DNA of 64,000 nt, from NCBI GenBank assembly GCA_964106645.2, contig OZ067042.1. The stretch is one strand, 5' to 3'. The stretch comes from Podarcis pityusensis. Lineage: Eukaryota. A program made the position numbers and the translations under genes. Below the pieces are notes generated by a model. The model saw only the letters and a program-made list of their open reading frames with translations, ran no database searches and had not been told where the DNA came from. This document shows, one piece after another, positions 23,802 through 36,441 of this stretch; position 1 is the stretch's first letter; each line of letters starts with the position of its first letter.

Positions 23802-26101
23802 TAGAACAAAAGCTTTTGCATTATCTTAGTGGGAGAGTCTGCCAAGATCTCTCAATATACCGGAAGCTGCATATTGAGCCACAGCCGCTGCACTCTTTAT
23901 CATATGCTCAGTTCTGTATGAAAACCGCCATCCAGCGAAGCTTAAAATGTCACACTGCGCTAACAGTACAGGAAATTTTAAGAAATACTGTTTATTGAGC
24001 GAGTATTGGGAGTACCATCTCCACAATGTAGTATTTTGGACCCGAGTTGGGTTTTTTGTACTGCTTAAAGAACTATTTCAGTTGTTTTTACTGTATGTCT
24101 GTGAGCTGCCTTGAGATACATGTAAGAAGCAACTTATAAAGTTAATACTACAGCTGCACCAGGTAGGCTAATTGCTCCTGAGGAATCATCCTGCTCATGA
24201 GTGTTTACCAACCGGCTGAAGACCAAGTTCACCAGTTGCAGGAGGGTGGCTTCTCAGTTGTGCAAGAGCGAACGAGCTGCTAGCATCCTGCCATGTGGCG
24301 CTTTGTCCTCTTGCACATTTCCAACCTTATGACGGGGAGGTGGCAGCCACATGCTACGACCAGGCAACATGGAGGACCAGCTCTTCATGTGGCTGCACTT
24401 TGTAACTCTACAAGGAGCCGCCGTACCAAAATATAAAACAAAACAAGTCATCCCAATCCGTGTTATACCTGTGTAAAATGCCGCCGAGATCTGGCCTTTG
24501 GGAGTAAGCTATAGAATCTCAAGCCTTGCTGTAAGTACCAGAAGGGAACCGAGGAGGATGCGATTCTAAACACAGGGAACATTGTGTGAACTTTAGCTAA
24601 CAAGGCAGCCTTGTTCTTTCTTTCTATAATCCTTTCTCCTCATTCATTGTACCCGTGACAGAACCTGACCTTTTCCCTAAGGTTATTTCCAAGAGCAGCG
24701 ACTGTGTTCGTTTGCCAAGGATGGTTTATTTCATACTAGAATTCAAATAAATCATCAGTGACATTTCAGCCCCAGATTCAAGCACCAGCAAGCTGTGACA
24801 TGGCACTGAGGAGTCTGCCCATGCTTTTTCCTGCTAAGATGGTTGAGGGGAAAGCAGAGGCTACACCACAACTCAATATTCAAAACCATCTGCAAGAGAA
24901 TGTTGTTTTAACCTCCTTTTACAGATTACCTGAAAGAAGCACCATAGTTCCCTACAGGTTCTCTACTTACACATAAAACCAACCAGCAAGCAGTACAGAG
25001 TGAAGGATCTGTCAATTTCATTCTCCCCGTTTCTCTTTTTTCCTATCTTATATTCAATTCTTCGCATTGCAGCCATTTGCAATTTTTTAAAATCCTCATG
25101 AAAATTCATCAGCCTTTTAGCGCACACTTCTCTCAATAGACGTGTTGTTATATGCAATTTTGACTTATGTACACGTTTTTGCAAGCAATTTCCCCCAACA
25201 TGATTTTGTATGCTATTTTCACAAATAACTTCATTTTTCACACACACACACAAATATGTGCATTTCTGTAAACATTGCTTGGCTGGAGAACTGCATCACA
25301 AAATTTGGCTAAGTGTGAATTTCAAAGGATCGCTGTCTTTCAGTTCATGAATTGTTTTGGAAAGTGTGGATTTGATACCATTTGGCTTCAGATACATATG
25401 GAACTGAACTCCTCTTACATCCCTAGCAAGTGGGAAGAAAGTGAGCCAAGGCCCATCACTCACACGGAGGGTGAACATCTGATGTGGGGAGACCCCTGTA
25501 CTTGCAGCCTTCCTGCACAATTTTAAAGCTATTTAAGCTACCAGCCATCATCTCTCTTAGTGATTAATTCCAGGAGCTGTATTCTGTATCATGTGAAAAA
25601 GTACCTTTTGTTTGGCCTGAATCCATTTCCAGTCTGGTTTTGTATCTTGTGTGTGTTCGTGCCCCCCACCCCCAATTAAAAATGCTTCACCCCAAAGAGC
25701 TGGAAAATGAGTCGCCATGCACTCCCAGTACACCTCCCCACTTACTGTGGTCCAGTTTGCAACATCGGTCCATCTTTACACATTGTACGGGAACTAGGCC
25801 AACATCCATGCCTCCTCTACAGCTCTCCATCCCACCTGCCTCAATAGACTATAGCCTCTATTTCTCAAAACACAGTGGTCTGCTCCAGTCTCCCTTCTTC
25901 TGCCCTGCTGCCCCCAGATGCCTTGTTTAATTTGCTCCATCTAGCACCCCCAGGTTTGATTATTTCACCTTGCAGATACACTCCTAAGGCTCCGCAGCAA
26001 GCTTTATGCATAACTAGGACCCCTGTTGCCCATTCCGCCTTCATCACATCAAAAGCCATTTCAGACACTAGGAGCACTGGCTCCACTTTCCAAGGACGCT
26101 A

Positions 26102-26107
26102 TTTATT
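26102..26107 (-). terminator. Candidate ZFYVE27 poly(A) signal AATAAA
   Basis: TTTATT on the + strand ~840 nt past the stop, preceded on the minus strand by an (AT)n tract; an alternative lies at 23991-23996. Confidence 0.5.
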
Positions 26108-26948
26108 GGTCATATATATATATATATTTATATATATGCATGTGTGCGTGTGGGTAAATCTGCTAGAGAGCAGCAAAAATAAGAACAAAAAAAAACCTCT
26201 CCTCTCCTGTAGAAAAGATCCACATCACAAGGCAATTGCCTCAATCCTCCAGCTGAGCTTTGTGATGAACTCCCGTTGGCTGTAGCAGCTTCTGCTCCCT
26301 CCAACACAGCAAAGCGTCAAAGGGAAGGAGAATGCCAGGTCCAGGTTGGGCCAGACTGAAGAGCTTTGGCTAAAAGCTATCTAGAAAGAGCAAAGTCAGT
26401 GGTGGGGAGGGAAGAGATGCCGTCCGTATCTGACACAGGGATAGGAAACAGGTCCAGCTGCATAACACAATCACACGTCTGCCTTCTTTATACAGCAGAG
26501 CCAACTTACAGATGCCACCCAGAGGAAGACCCAGCTTCCCCTTCCAAACACGCAGCACCTCGCTCAGTAGTGAAACACAAGACACAGACACATCTGGCAG
26601 TCCAGATACCATGAGCCACCTTGCGAGGTGGGGAAGGCCAGCTTCCTGCTAGGGAAAATGGGGGCAAATGACTTTTTTGCTTCAAGGTCGTGGAAGGAGG
26701 GAGAGCCTACAGTAGTCTAGTGCACGAGTCTCCTACTATGCAGTTAATCATGAGTGCAGGACCTCTCGCCAGCTGCTCACAGAGGGAGGGGGCGCACGTG
26801 GCAGCTGCACCAGCCCCTTTCCTATTAGATGTACAGGGAAGAGTGGAAGGAGTGCACGGTGCTGTTGCTTCGCTCCCCGCAAGTATCAGCAAATACGGGG
26901 TGAGACGCAGAGCGAATTCCGCAGAGGGCAGGGCTCCAGATCGGCTTC

Positions 26949-27013
26949 TCACTTGACGAGCGCTTGGTTGCACTGCCCGCAGACAAAGACGGTCTCCCGC
27001 TGGGCATCAGGGG
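26949..27013 (-). CDS. ZFYVE27: Protrudin last coding exon (FYVE C-terminus)
   Basis: ctttctaccgcag|CC CCT GAT; APDAQRETVFVCGQCNQALVK*; 65 nt. Confidence 0.95.
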
Positions 27014-27297
27014 CTGCGGTAGAAAGCACTGGTCAGAGACTCGGCCAAGGACTGTGCAGCTTTCCACCCACAGAACCCAACAAGCGTTTCATTAGCCCTC
27101 AGACACACACACCCCCCCCAAGAGAGAGAAAGCCTCTGTCCTCTGCTACCTCCCCACTGTAGCATTAATTAGAAACAGTGAGAATTACACCCAGCGATTC
27201 CCCCAGAAGGGAAACAGCAAGTGCACAAAGGAGGAGGAGTCGCCTCCCAAGCTGCCTGCCAGAAAGGCCATCTCTCGCTTTCCCACTCCTCACTCAC

Positions 27298-27379
27298 CTG
27301 TAGCCCCCATGTAGCTCTTGGGAACTTTGAAGGAACAGCACCTGGAGCAGAAACTGTTCCCACAGTTGCTGCAGCTCCG
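27298..27379 (-). CDS. ZFYVE27: Protrudin exon (FYVE domain)
   Basis: RSCSNCGNSFCSRCCSFKVPKSYMGAT; 82 nt; AG / GTGAGT boundaries. Confidence 0.95.
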
Positions 27380-27562
27380 CTGGAGGGAAGGAAAGAGAGA
27401 CAAACACAGCTATAGGAACAAGGTCCCAGGAAGCCATTGCTTCAAATGCAAGGATTCAAGAAGGTCATTCACTGCTGACCAGAGGTCAGGCTTGAGATCC
27501 ACAAGGTGGGGAGCAGGAAATGGGAAAGGAGTAGTTGGGGGCATGCTGGGCCAGAGACTCAC

Positions 27563-27609
27563 CCTCTTCTTTAACACAGAGAAAGTGGCTGAACAGCTTG
27601 CACAGTTCC
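27563..27609 (-). CDS. ZFYVE27: Protrudin exon (FYVE start)
   Basis: GNCASCSATFSVLKKR; 47 nt; ttttccacag| ... |gtgagt. Confidence 0.95.
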
Positions 27610-28610
27610 CTGTGGAAAATCAGAAAAGAAACATGTATCGGTCAAACCTGGTGCCTCTTCTTCCACCAAACTGCATAGAAATATTGCCCTGCCCCCAACG
27701 TCTGCCCACAGTCCTTTCCTACTAAAAGCCCCAACATAACCTACTGCCCCACTAGGCAGTCCAGGAGGCTCATCCAGGTGGGACCACGTGCCAAGAGGGC
27801 ATCCCACTGAGAGCTGTCTTCAGGACCCTTGATCCGAGGAGATTTGAAATGGGTCTGCACACTGCACCTCCCAGGTGATGTCAATCCTCCACTCCACAAA
27901 GTTGTGCCAAGAGCAGAGATGGCCGTAACCCATATAAATGTGGAATTTGGCATCATCAGGATGAGATTCCAGTGTGGCATAAGTGATCAAGCGCTAGACT
28001 TGGAATAGGAACAAAGACTTGGGCCTGATACAAATAACCACTCAGCTCCACTAAGCAGGCTTGCCCATACCTCTCTCTCAGGGCAGAATGACATGTTACA
28101 CTGGCAAGTAGGAACTCACAAGCCCAGTTTCCGGAGGTAATGAAAAAAAGGGAGTTAAGGGGCTTTTTGTAAAAATGTTAGTACTTAACCCCACCCCACC
28201 CACACCTTGCCTGTAAAATGATTCATCTGCAACAATATTTCACCATCAGAAGCAACCTCAGCACATTAAAGCACCAAGAACAATGGCATGTTTCTGGCAT
28301 CTAACATCAGGCAGGCCTCCTCTGTGGCAGCAACTGGGTCAGAGTCTTCCCATTCTGCCAATCTTCTCCACCCCCCTTCCACAACCTGGTGCCCCCCCCC
28401 CCCGATGTTTTGGATTACAGCCCCATTAGCCCAAACCAACAAGACCATGCTGGTTGGAGCTGCAGGCTAAAGCATCTGAAGGGCACCAGGTTTCCTCAGC
28501 AGGTTGAGGAAAGCTCATCTACACAGTTCCCGCTTCAGTCCCAACAAGACAACATGTCCCACGGCACCATCCACTCTTGCCACTTCCACACACCCTCCCA
28601 AATCCTGTAC

Positions 28611-28758
28611 CGAGATTGTTGGTTGGGTAGCGCTTCCGCAGCCGCTCCGTCAGCCGTGACACCCTGCTGCGAATCACCTCGTTCTTGCTCATCATGAAGG
28701 GGTTGTCAGGAAGGCCCATGTCGAATTCCGCTGAGCAGTGGGAGACATCGTCATCCTC
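28611..28758 (-). CDS. ZFYVE27: Protrudin exon (coiled-coil region)
   Basis: EDDDVSHCSAEFDMGLPDNPFMMSKNEVIRSRVSRLTERLRKRYPTNNL; 148 nt, phase 0-1; weak donor G|GTACAG. Confidence 0.93.
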
Positions 28759-29063
28759 CTGGGCAGGTGGAGAGGGAAGCTTGTCAAGGAGCGGCTGGTT
28801 CACACAGTGCCTACTCTGGGGCAGGAGGACAAGGGCGTACTGGGGGGCACCGCCCACTGACAAAGCGCTGAAGACAAGGAAAGGCTGGGCTAACCATGGG
28901 CAACACACAAAATGCCAAGCTGGTGGAAGGGTTGCAGCCAGGTTTTCCAGCTTGGGAAGGTGGGCACAATCAGGGCAAAGAACACAGCAAAGACATCAAC
29001 TCTGCATGAGCAACTGAAGTGAGTTTTGGCTCAAAGGCAGGGTGGCCCAGCTCCCGCACTCAC

Positions 29064-29084
29064 CATTACTAGCAGCTGGGTCTC
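29064..29084 (-). CDS. ZFYVE27: Protrudin 21-nt alternative microexon (exon L), ETQLLVM
   Basis: tttgctgcgggagcag|GAGACCCAGCTGCTAGTAATG|gtgagt; phase 0-0; same position as and similar to mammalian ETHLVVL. Confidence 0.88.
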
Positions 29085-29387
29085 CTGCTCCCGCAGCAAA
29101 GAGAAAAGACAAGAGATGATGTCCAGAAGATGCCCAAGCTAGCCTTCACCTTTTATGGTGTACCCATTTCCAGAAAAGTGCACTGTCTAAAGTCCCTTAT
29201 TTCTCTCTCTTCCCCATACCAACATGTTCACTGCATCACAGACATGGACTCTGATGTGCTGCCACTCATGGCCCTTCAGTGACAGGATGAAGGGTGTCCC
29301 CTTAAACTTGCTGGCCTAGCAGCATCACCTGACTCCACCACAGCACAGATCAGTCCAAGCCCTAGGCGGCTCTCTCAGGGCACATAC

Positions 29388-29459
29388 CTCAATAGCATCC
29401 TTGAACTCATCATCAGGCTCTGCCTCCTCTGCTTCCTCCACACTGCCAGGGGTCAGATC
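29388..29459 (-). CDS. ZFYVE27: Protrudin exon (FFAT motif)
   Basis: DLTPGSVEEAEEAEPDDEFKDAIE; 72 nt, phase 0-0. Confidence 0.96.
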
Positions 29460-30759
29460 CTACGGGGAAAGCAAACAACATTACAACTGGAGGCAGCAAT
29501 GCTTCCGAATGAAAGTTGCTGGAAACCACAGGAGGGGCAGGTGCTCTTCTGCTCAAATCCTGCTTGCTGGCTTCCCACAGTCATCTGGTTGGCCACTGTG
29601 AGAACAGGATGCCGGACTAGATGGGCCATTGGCTGTTCTGATGTTACAAGACTAAGGAAGCAAGGCCCACCAGTCCTTGTAACAGTGGTAAATGAATCCA
29701 AGAGGGGTGCTACACAGATGGCCCCATCCCATTCCAGCTACCCCAATGCAAGAGTAACATGGAAGCTACGAGGATGCATTTCCCCTCCTGCCTAGACACA
29801 GTTGTTTATTACTATGGTAGTTTGTAATACACAAGACCCCAAACAATGCTGGTATGCAGATCCTGAAATGCCTTAACGGGCAGCACAAAGGGAAAACACA
29901 GGAAGAAGCAGTGAAGACTGCCTGAAGAGCTGTGTGAAGGGAGAGAAGGGCATCGCCCTTTGAAATTTTCATGTAAACTTAGCTAAGTTGTTTAAAAAAA
30001 AGAGACAGGGACAAGCTGAAAACATTACTATACTTTTAAGCACCAACTGGAGAAAATTAAGCCAGGCACAATTTTTGAGGCTCCACATTTCAACAGTAGG
30101 TTCCAGGTGCACCTCCCCATAACCAGCTGCAACTAAAAAGTTTTGGAACTCTGAAAAGTAGCAAGAAGGGGACAGAACAAGGATGGCAGCTGCCCTAAAG
30201 AGACGTACCTGTGTAGGCAAAACCGAGGCCCTGCTTCTCCAGGGCCAAGATTGGGAACAGGGTCTGGGAGGTTTTCATCCATGATGCATCGCTTTGCCCC
30301 TTTCAAAAATTTTCTGCCACTCCCATCGGGACCTTACTTTGCACACTATGGCTTGTGGTCCTCCAAGTGTTGTTGGACGGCATCACTGACCAGACCAGCT
30401 GGAGCTGGTGGGGATCGGAGTCCAACAACATATGGAGGGCCGCAGTTTCCATCATTCCATATCCTATAGAAGATTGGGAAGGGTGGCGGAGAGATATATG
30501 GAACCACAACCAACAGAAGCAAGATGGAAGTTTGTCTTCTGTGCTCCGGCCTGGGACACATTTCCTAGGACTGTAGATCTGGAATCAACTACAAAGCCAC
30601 CAGCTAATAAGACTGTTATGCAGGCCAGGATGATCTATGACCTCAGGCATTTCCAAAAGATAAAGCAACACTCTCTGGGCACATTGGATGAGCATATCAA
30701 TTCTCATTCTACTTGGAAGTGGGCAACACAGACCCATCTATTCTTCTACCATGCCTTAC

Positions 30760-30902
30760 CTCAGTACTAGTGGGCGTAGGTGTCCGGTCCGGCAGGGATC
30801 CAGACCCAACTTCTCCAGCATCCAGCTCCACTGGCTCTGGAGTCCTAGCAACGGGCTTGAGGCCCAAACGCTGCTCTACAGCAGACTTCAGCTCCAGCAA
30901 GA
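30760..30902 (-). CDS. ZFYVE27: Protrudin exon
   Basis: VLLELKSAVEQRLGLKPVARTPEP...LPDRTPTPTSTE; 143 nt, phase 1-0; donor GAG|GTAAGG. Confidence 0.92.
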
Positions 30903-31887
30903 CTAGGGAGGGAGAGGAAAAGGGTAATGGTTGCAGTAAACAGCACAGGCTTTCAGCACTGGAGGAACAGCATGGCATTCAAGCCTATCTCCAACCCAAA
31001 CACCCAAGAAGTAGATACTGGCACACAAGAAACCAATGTTCAATGTAGCTAATGGTATTTAAAACACTAGTAGGCCTACCTGAATACCCCACAGTTCTCT
31101 AGCACTAATCTCACTCCCAGACAGAACTGTCTATAACCCCATAGCTCCTCAGTAGACAGGGGGAAAGGCTATCTACCACTACAGTAAATATTCTCCACCA
31201 CTTACGGTATTTGTGTTGTTTGGGGGTGGGTTGAAACTGGTTGCTGATATTCACAGCCCCTTGGCCACTGCTCCAGCATCCTCACAAAACCTATTCAAAG
31301 TGAGGCCAGGAAGCAGTGCCTTCACTCTGAGTGGGCACTGTGAAAAGAGCTGTGCTCTGAATAGGTTCATGCCTGTTTTCACTCTTCCCTGCCACCATCC
31401 CACACAAACAGAATTCCAGAATGAGATGCATTCAGAGGGCAAATGTTCACAACACACACCAAAACTGTTTTCCAGCAAAGGACTGTCTCCCTTGTGATAA
31501 CCCCCCGTTTTCTGCAACAGGCAGTTTATCCTTAGCATCCCAAGATGTGCTTCCCCACTGGGACACCTCTAAATGGAAAAATCTTCCACTACTAAGCTGT
31601 GCCCAAGGAACAGAGTGACTACTCAGGTCTCTTGAATGCTAAAGAGCTTGTTTATGGGACTGAGGCAGCACAGAAGAGATGCACTTTTTCCTCTCTCATC
31701 AAAATTTCTTAGCAGCTTCACACTGTTGCCCTAATTTGGAATAAGATAGGGCTGCAGCAGGGGTGCACAGATCTACAGCAAAGAAAGCCTTGACCCTGGG
31801 CACCCTGTCTCCAGTCAGCTGCTGCAGCTTACTTCCCCAAGGTTCCCATGGAACAGAATGGTACAGGAGAGAAGAGCAATCTCTTAC

Positions 31888-32000
31888 CTTGATAAAATGC
31901 CACGTTACCCAAGAAAAGGGCATTATTGAGCAGCACAAACACCCAACATAAGGGCAGCAGGTAGAGAGCACAAACGGAAGCCATCAGCATCCCATAAAAC
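31888..32000 (-). CDS. ZFYVE27: Protrudin exon (hydrophobic hairpin)
   Basis: FYGMLMASVCALYLLPLCWVFVLLNNALFLGNVAFYQ; 113 nt, phase 2-1. Confidence 0.95.
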
Positions 32001-32224
32001 CTGGGCAAAAAAAGGAGCAGAAGGGGCATGACACATCTGGGCATCAGGATGACAGCCAGGTGCCTTGAGAGCACCTCAAGCCTGTCCAGCCCCCCATTAT
32101 TCTTGGATATGGAACAGAGAGCATCTAGGGGGAGCCTGAGAGCCTTGTTCCTGCCTCTCTCCACCTGTCCTAGGGCGGCTCTAACAGGCTTCATAAGAAC
32201 TGCTGCTGCTGCTGCCCAGAAAGG

Positions 32225-32470
32225 ACTGGGGTATTTTGGGGAAAGTTTTGTCGGGAGTTTTTACTGTTATTGATATGAATTTTTTGTATCTTTATTTTTA
32301 TGTGGAAATTGTTCAGTTTGGTTATGTGGTTTTTGATATGTTTTGTTTATTTTTATGACTCCTTTGCTATGTTTGTAATGTGTAAATCTTTTCATACTGT
32401 AAGCCGCCTTGAGCATTGTTTTAACTGTGGACAGACGGCTTACATATAAAATGATGATAATGATGATGAC
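32225..32470 (+). mobile_element. L2-type LINE 3' tail with (ATG)n end
   Basis: T-rich tract, then TGTAAGCCGCCTTGAG...CGGCTTACATATAAAATGATGAT. Confidence 0.55.
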
Positions 32471-32687
32471 ATCACCTCCCTTTGCCTACCTTTCAAGCAA
32501 ATAACCTCCCCTCAATCTGGACAAACCTGTTCAGCCAGATAGCTTTCCCATGAACACCAGCCACGATATATATGGGCATGGACACCTGCCCAATATGAGG
32601 GAGAAGGCAGGGACCCCGTACCCCTATAAAGTGACCCAGTAAACAAGCCTGCAAACCCCCCAAAGCAGCAAGGCAGCAATGTCCCAG

Positions 32688-33263
32688 TGACAGGAGTGAG
32701 CTGGCAGTAAATAACACCAAACAAGTTGGAGTTAACTCCTTATTAGCAAAAGCAGGATCTGCCTAATGAGCAATGCAACTCATCTCCGGCAGGTCTTGCC
32801 CCTATGAAGCAGTTGCTAAGGCTGAAGGTCCCCATCTGATCACAGCTGCCTTAGTTCCCTCCTCTCCAGGGTATTCCCCAAGAAATCTGAGACTGCACCA
32901 GCACAAAACTAACTTCTCCTCCACCTTTTTCACACCTCTTTCTGGGAGACCTGGAGGGAGGGGAGTCTGTCGCAGCAGGAGGGGGAGACACCCTGCCACC
33001 TTCCCCAGCCAGACTCTCTGCCTCTTGGCTTCCCTCCTCTCCTGTTTCAGCTTCTGCCCCTGATTCTGGATGTCTGTCTGTCACAGACTCTCCCAGCTCA
33101 CTAAGCCCTGTTACCTGTTCAGCTTCCGACACCTCCTCCTCCCTCCGACCAGTCATCAACATCATCATCACACCACCAATCCCAGGGCTCTGAGCCTTCT
33201 TCCCTTGAGGGTTCCCCAGCTGGTTCCTCCCACTATTCCTCTACATCCAACCAGCCCATGACA
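32688..33263 (-). mobile_element. Solo LTR (Gypsy-like) in a ZFYVE27 intron
   Basis: Minus strand starts TGTCATG and ends CCTGTCA; purine-rich body; AATAAG near the 3' end; flanks CCTAG/CCCAG resemble a 5-bp TSD with one mismatch. Confidence 0.6.
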
Positions 33264-33300
33264 CCTAGCTTCCACGAAGTAGTCCTAAGGCAACACTCAC

Positions 33301-33396
33301 TGTGAAGAAAGAGAAGGGTTCTCCCAGTAGATGATGCGATAGACAGCCTCACATCTGCCACACAGCCGGCTCAATAGGGCCTCTAATTGGATTAAG
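33301..33396 (-). CDS. ZFYVE27: Protrudin exon
   Basis: (F)LIQLEALLSRLCGRCEAVYRIIYWENPSLSS(Q); 96 nt, phase 2-2. Confidence 0.95.
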
Positions 33397-35781
33397 CTGG
33401 AAAAGGAGATCACAGCAGATTTAAACATGTTCCTCAGGCCCCTTTGCGCACAACCTCACAGCCGCTGCATCAACCTATGCCCAAACTGCTTCACAAATGG
33501 AGAAAAGTGATCCCCAGCCCCTCATTCAGTTCAAGACAAGGGTTGAAGTGCAAAAGAAGATTCCCTCATGCACACAGGGCATAGTTAGGATGAGCCCTGC
33601 ATAGGATGAACCTCCTATGCCAGCTAGCTCCAGGCAGGCAGGCAAGTTGGATACAGAAAGCAACTGTCTAAGTTTAACAAGAGGGATAAAAGCCAGCATG
33701 ATTTGGAGTCCAGCACTCTTGTCTGTGGAGTATAGGAGACCCTGGGTTCACATCCACTGCTGAGGCAATCTTGGGCATCTCTTTCCTATAGCTACAAATC
33801 TGAATAATGACAACTAACTTAAGAGTTGCCGCAAAGCTAACAGTGCAATCCTAACCACGGCTTGCCTGGACCCTATATACTAAAGGGGCACGTAGTAACA
33901 TGGCACCTCTGCTCTTAACTTTTAGATGAAAGAATGCAGACTCCCATAAAGAAAGAGATTTGAGTTCACTGGCTACAACTCAGCGAGTCATATGATGGAT
34001 GGGTTGGCTATCAGGCTCCAATGCCTTGTGCAAAATGCTGACAAAGTGCCTACTGGCATGGTCAGCTTTGGGTAGGGAAGTAACGGGGAAAAGGAGAACT
34101 TGCCCTTGGATTCCAGCTACTTCTCCCTATCTAAGTTGCAGGTTTCAAAAACTGAGCCGCTTTCTGAATTCACAGCACTCTGATAAAGTGTTATGTCCTG
34201 ATAAAACATCTATCAGAGCAGTTAACCGTCAGTCCTTGGCATAGGAAAATTCTGACGTCTTCTAAAATTTGACTTGCAAATCCTTGGCTGTACAGACATG
34301 CTGAAGTAATACAACATGTTAATAAAAAAACATATTTTTAAAGAATAATAATAATAATCAAAATCCATTATTTCTTAAACAAAAGGATGCACCAGTAGTG
34401 TGTCTTCCTCATAAGTAGATAATAAATGTAGTAAATCTGAAGTAACGGTTACATTTAGCTGTAAATCAATATGTTTTAATAGCTCTATCGAGCAGCAAAA
34501 ACACCCATTTCTTGGGGAAAATAACTGTACAAATGGAAAAGTTGATTAAAATCAATGATTTAAAAATGAGGCTTCTTGCCTGGTGATTGAAATCGATCCA
34601 CTGTCCTGGAAGGAGGATGCATACTTTGTGGCATGGGCAGGAGAGTCATGTAAATGCTTAGTAACTCTTCCTCCTAGAGCCACACTCCCAACTAGCAAGG
34701 GTGTGCAATGCCCCCAAAGGGTGAACGGCAGTAGTGCAGTAAAGCACCTAGGAAGGTAGCTAATCTAGAGGAGGAGTCAGCACTGCTCTCCCAGAGTTTC
34801 TTAAAAGTGGGGTCACCACCATCTTCCACACACGCAACGTTACTGTGCAATTATATTCCCCCCAGTCATGACACAATTCTTGCCCCACAGCAACGATGAA
34901 ATGGTTAGCACCTGCAATAGCATATGGACTATCCTGAAATATAGTCCCAACCTTCCCCCTCAACCACTAAGATTTGACACAAATGCCTGTGTTGCTGGTC
35001 AACTGCGTAATGCATTTGTTAGAATGCTGTGGGCAGTATCCGTGATAGGGTCCATTTGGGAAGACACTGTCTGCCCACCCCCAAAAAAGCCTCCATGACA
35101 CACACTGGCCTGTGCTAGTGCCTGTGCAGCTGTTTACTTAAACATTAAAAGATCAACTCTGTGCAGTTGTGCACAGCTCTTCAAGTGCACAAGTGCATGG
35201 TTGAAGAAGAAGCAGAAGAAGAAATGGATTATTGTGCCCTACTGGGCACAGCTTCAGAGCTATGTAGTTGTGCACCTGAAATATCCTTGTGTTAAAAAAC
35301 ACACACAAATGATTGGGAGAAATAAAAACTCAAAAGGAAAAATCAGCTGGTCAAAAATAAATGAAAAAGACATTGTAAGTGAAGAGGCTGAAATCATAGA
35401 AGACAAAAGAAGGGGAATGGTGGAATACCACACAAATTGTGACACAGAAAGGTCACTAAATTAGTTCTGCAGGCTAAATTGCTCCCATTATTCAGGGTAA
35501 CAATTGCACATTACTTATCTACAATGGAAATATCCACACAAAATACAGAAAAATGGTTACAAAAATCAAACGAGAAAAACACAATGACGAGGTGGAAATC
35601 TCGATCTTGCAACGGGTTGACTATTAAGCCCAGTGGATTCAGAACGACTGCAATATTCACCATCAGGAAAAAATGTGTAGTGTGAACAAGAAGCCCAAGA
35701 AGCATCCTTCCAATCACATACTTCAAAGGGACCCACCTACGGGTCAACGCATTTTCTCCATCCTTCCCTAAGAGCACTTAC

Positions 35782-35968
35782 AAGCCCTTCACTTCAGCCA
35801 CAGCCTCATGTCGTGCAAGCTGAACTTTTCTCACATCCTCACGCCGCACACTGTGGTACCTACGACGTGCCAGCTCTTCTTCACTCAGACGGATGCGGCA
35901 TGTCTCCTGCAGGTAGCCCAGCAAGGCTGGCACCGAGACCAGCAGGACGCAAAGCCCATACCACGCAG
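35782..35968 (-). CDS. ZFYVE27: Protrudin exon (second hydrophobic segment)
   Basis: AAWYGLCVLLVSVPALLGYLQETCRIRLSEEELARRRYHSVRRED...EAVAEVKG; 187 nt, phase 1-2. Confidence 0.96.
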
Positions 35969-36052
35969 CTGGAATGAAAGGTGGAATAGATGCAGAGATC
36001 ATTTTACCACCCTACTGTTTGGCCAGTCACAACACACCTGTACCACTATCAC

Positions 36053-36238
36053 CTATAGCTCAGTGGTAGAGCATTTGCTTTGAACAGAGAAGGTCCCAGT
36101 TTCAATCCCTGGTATCTCCAGGTAGGAGAGGGAATGTCTTCTTTCTCAACACCTGGAAAACTGCTGCCAGTCACTGTCAACAACAATGAGCGTGACATAC
36201 CAATGGTCTGACTTGATATAAGGCAGCTTCCTATGTAC
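36053..36238 (+). mobile_element. tRNA-derived SINE (Squam2-like)
   Basis: Head TAGCTCAGTGGTAGAGCATTTGCTTTG...TTTCAATCCCTGG then body ending AAGGCAGCTTCCTATGT; degraded relatives at ~38770-38885(-) and ~60585-60745(+). Confidence 0.75.
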
Positions 36239-36441
36239 TACCCCATAAATCATCTGAAAGGAGGCCCATCTGCCTGCCAGTCACTCCATTTCCTTACTAC
36301 CTCTCACAATTGGTTCTGCTACCCTCATAATCTGCCCCCAATAATATATTCTATTCCCCACAGGATCAATCCCCCAAGGCTCACATCATACCTGAAAGGA
36401 GGCCTATTGGGTCCCCAGCACAAAGGTCCAACATTTCTCAC

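Noticed and set aside
36053-36125. tRNA-like sequence
   Set aside because: Cloverleaf is broken and it continues into a SINE body; a SINE head, not a tRNA gene (likewise 13864 and 42216).
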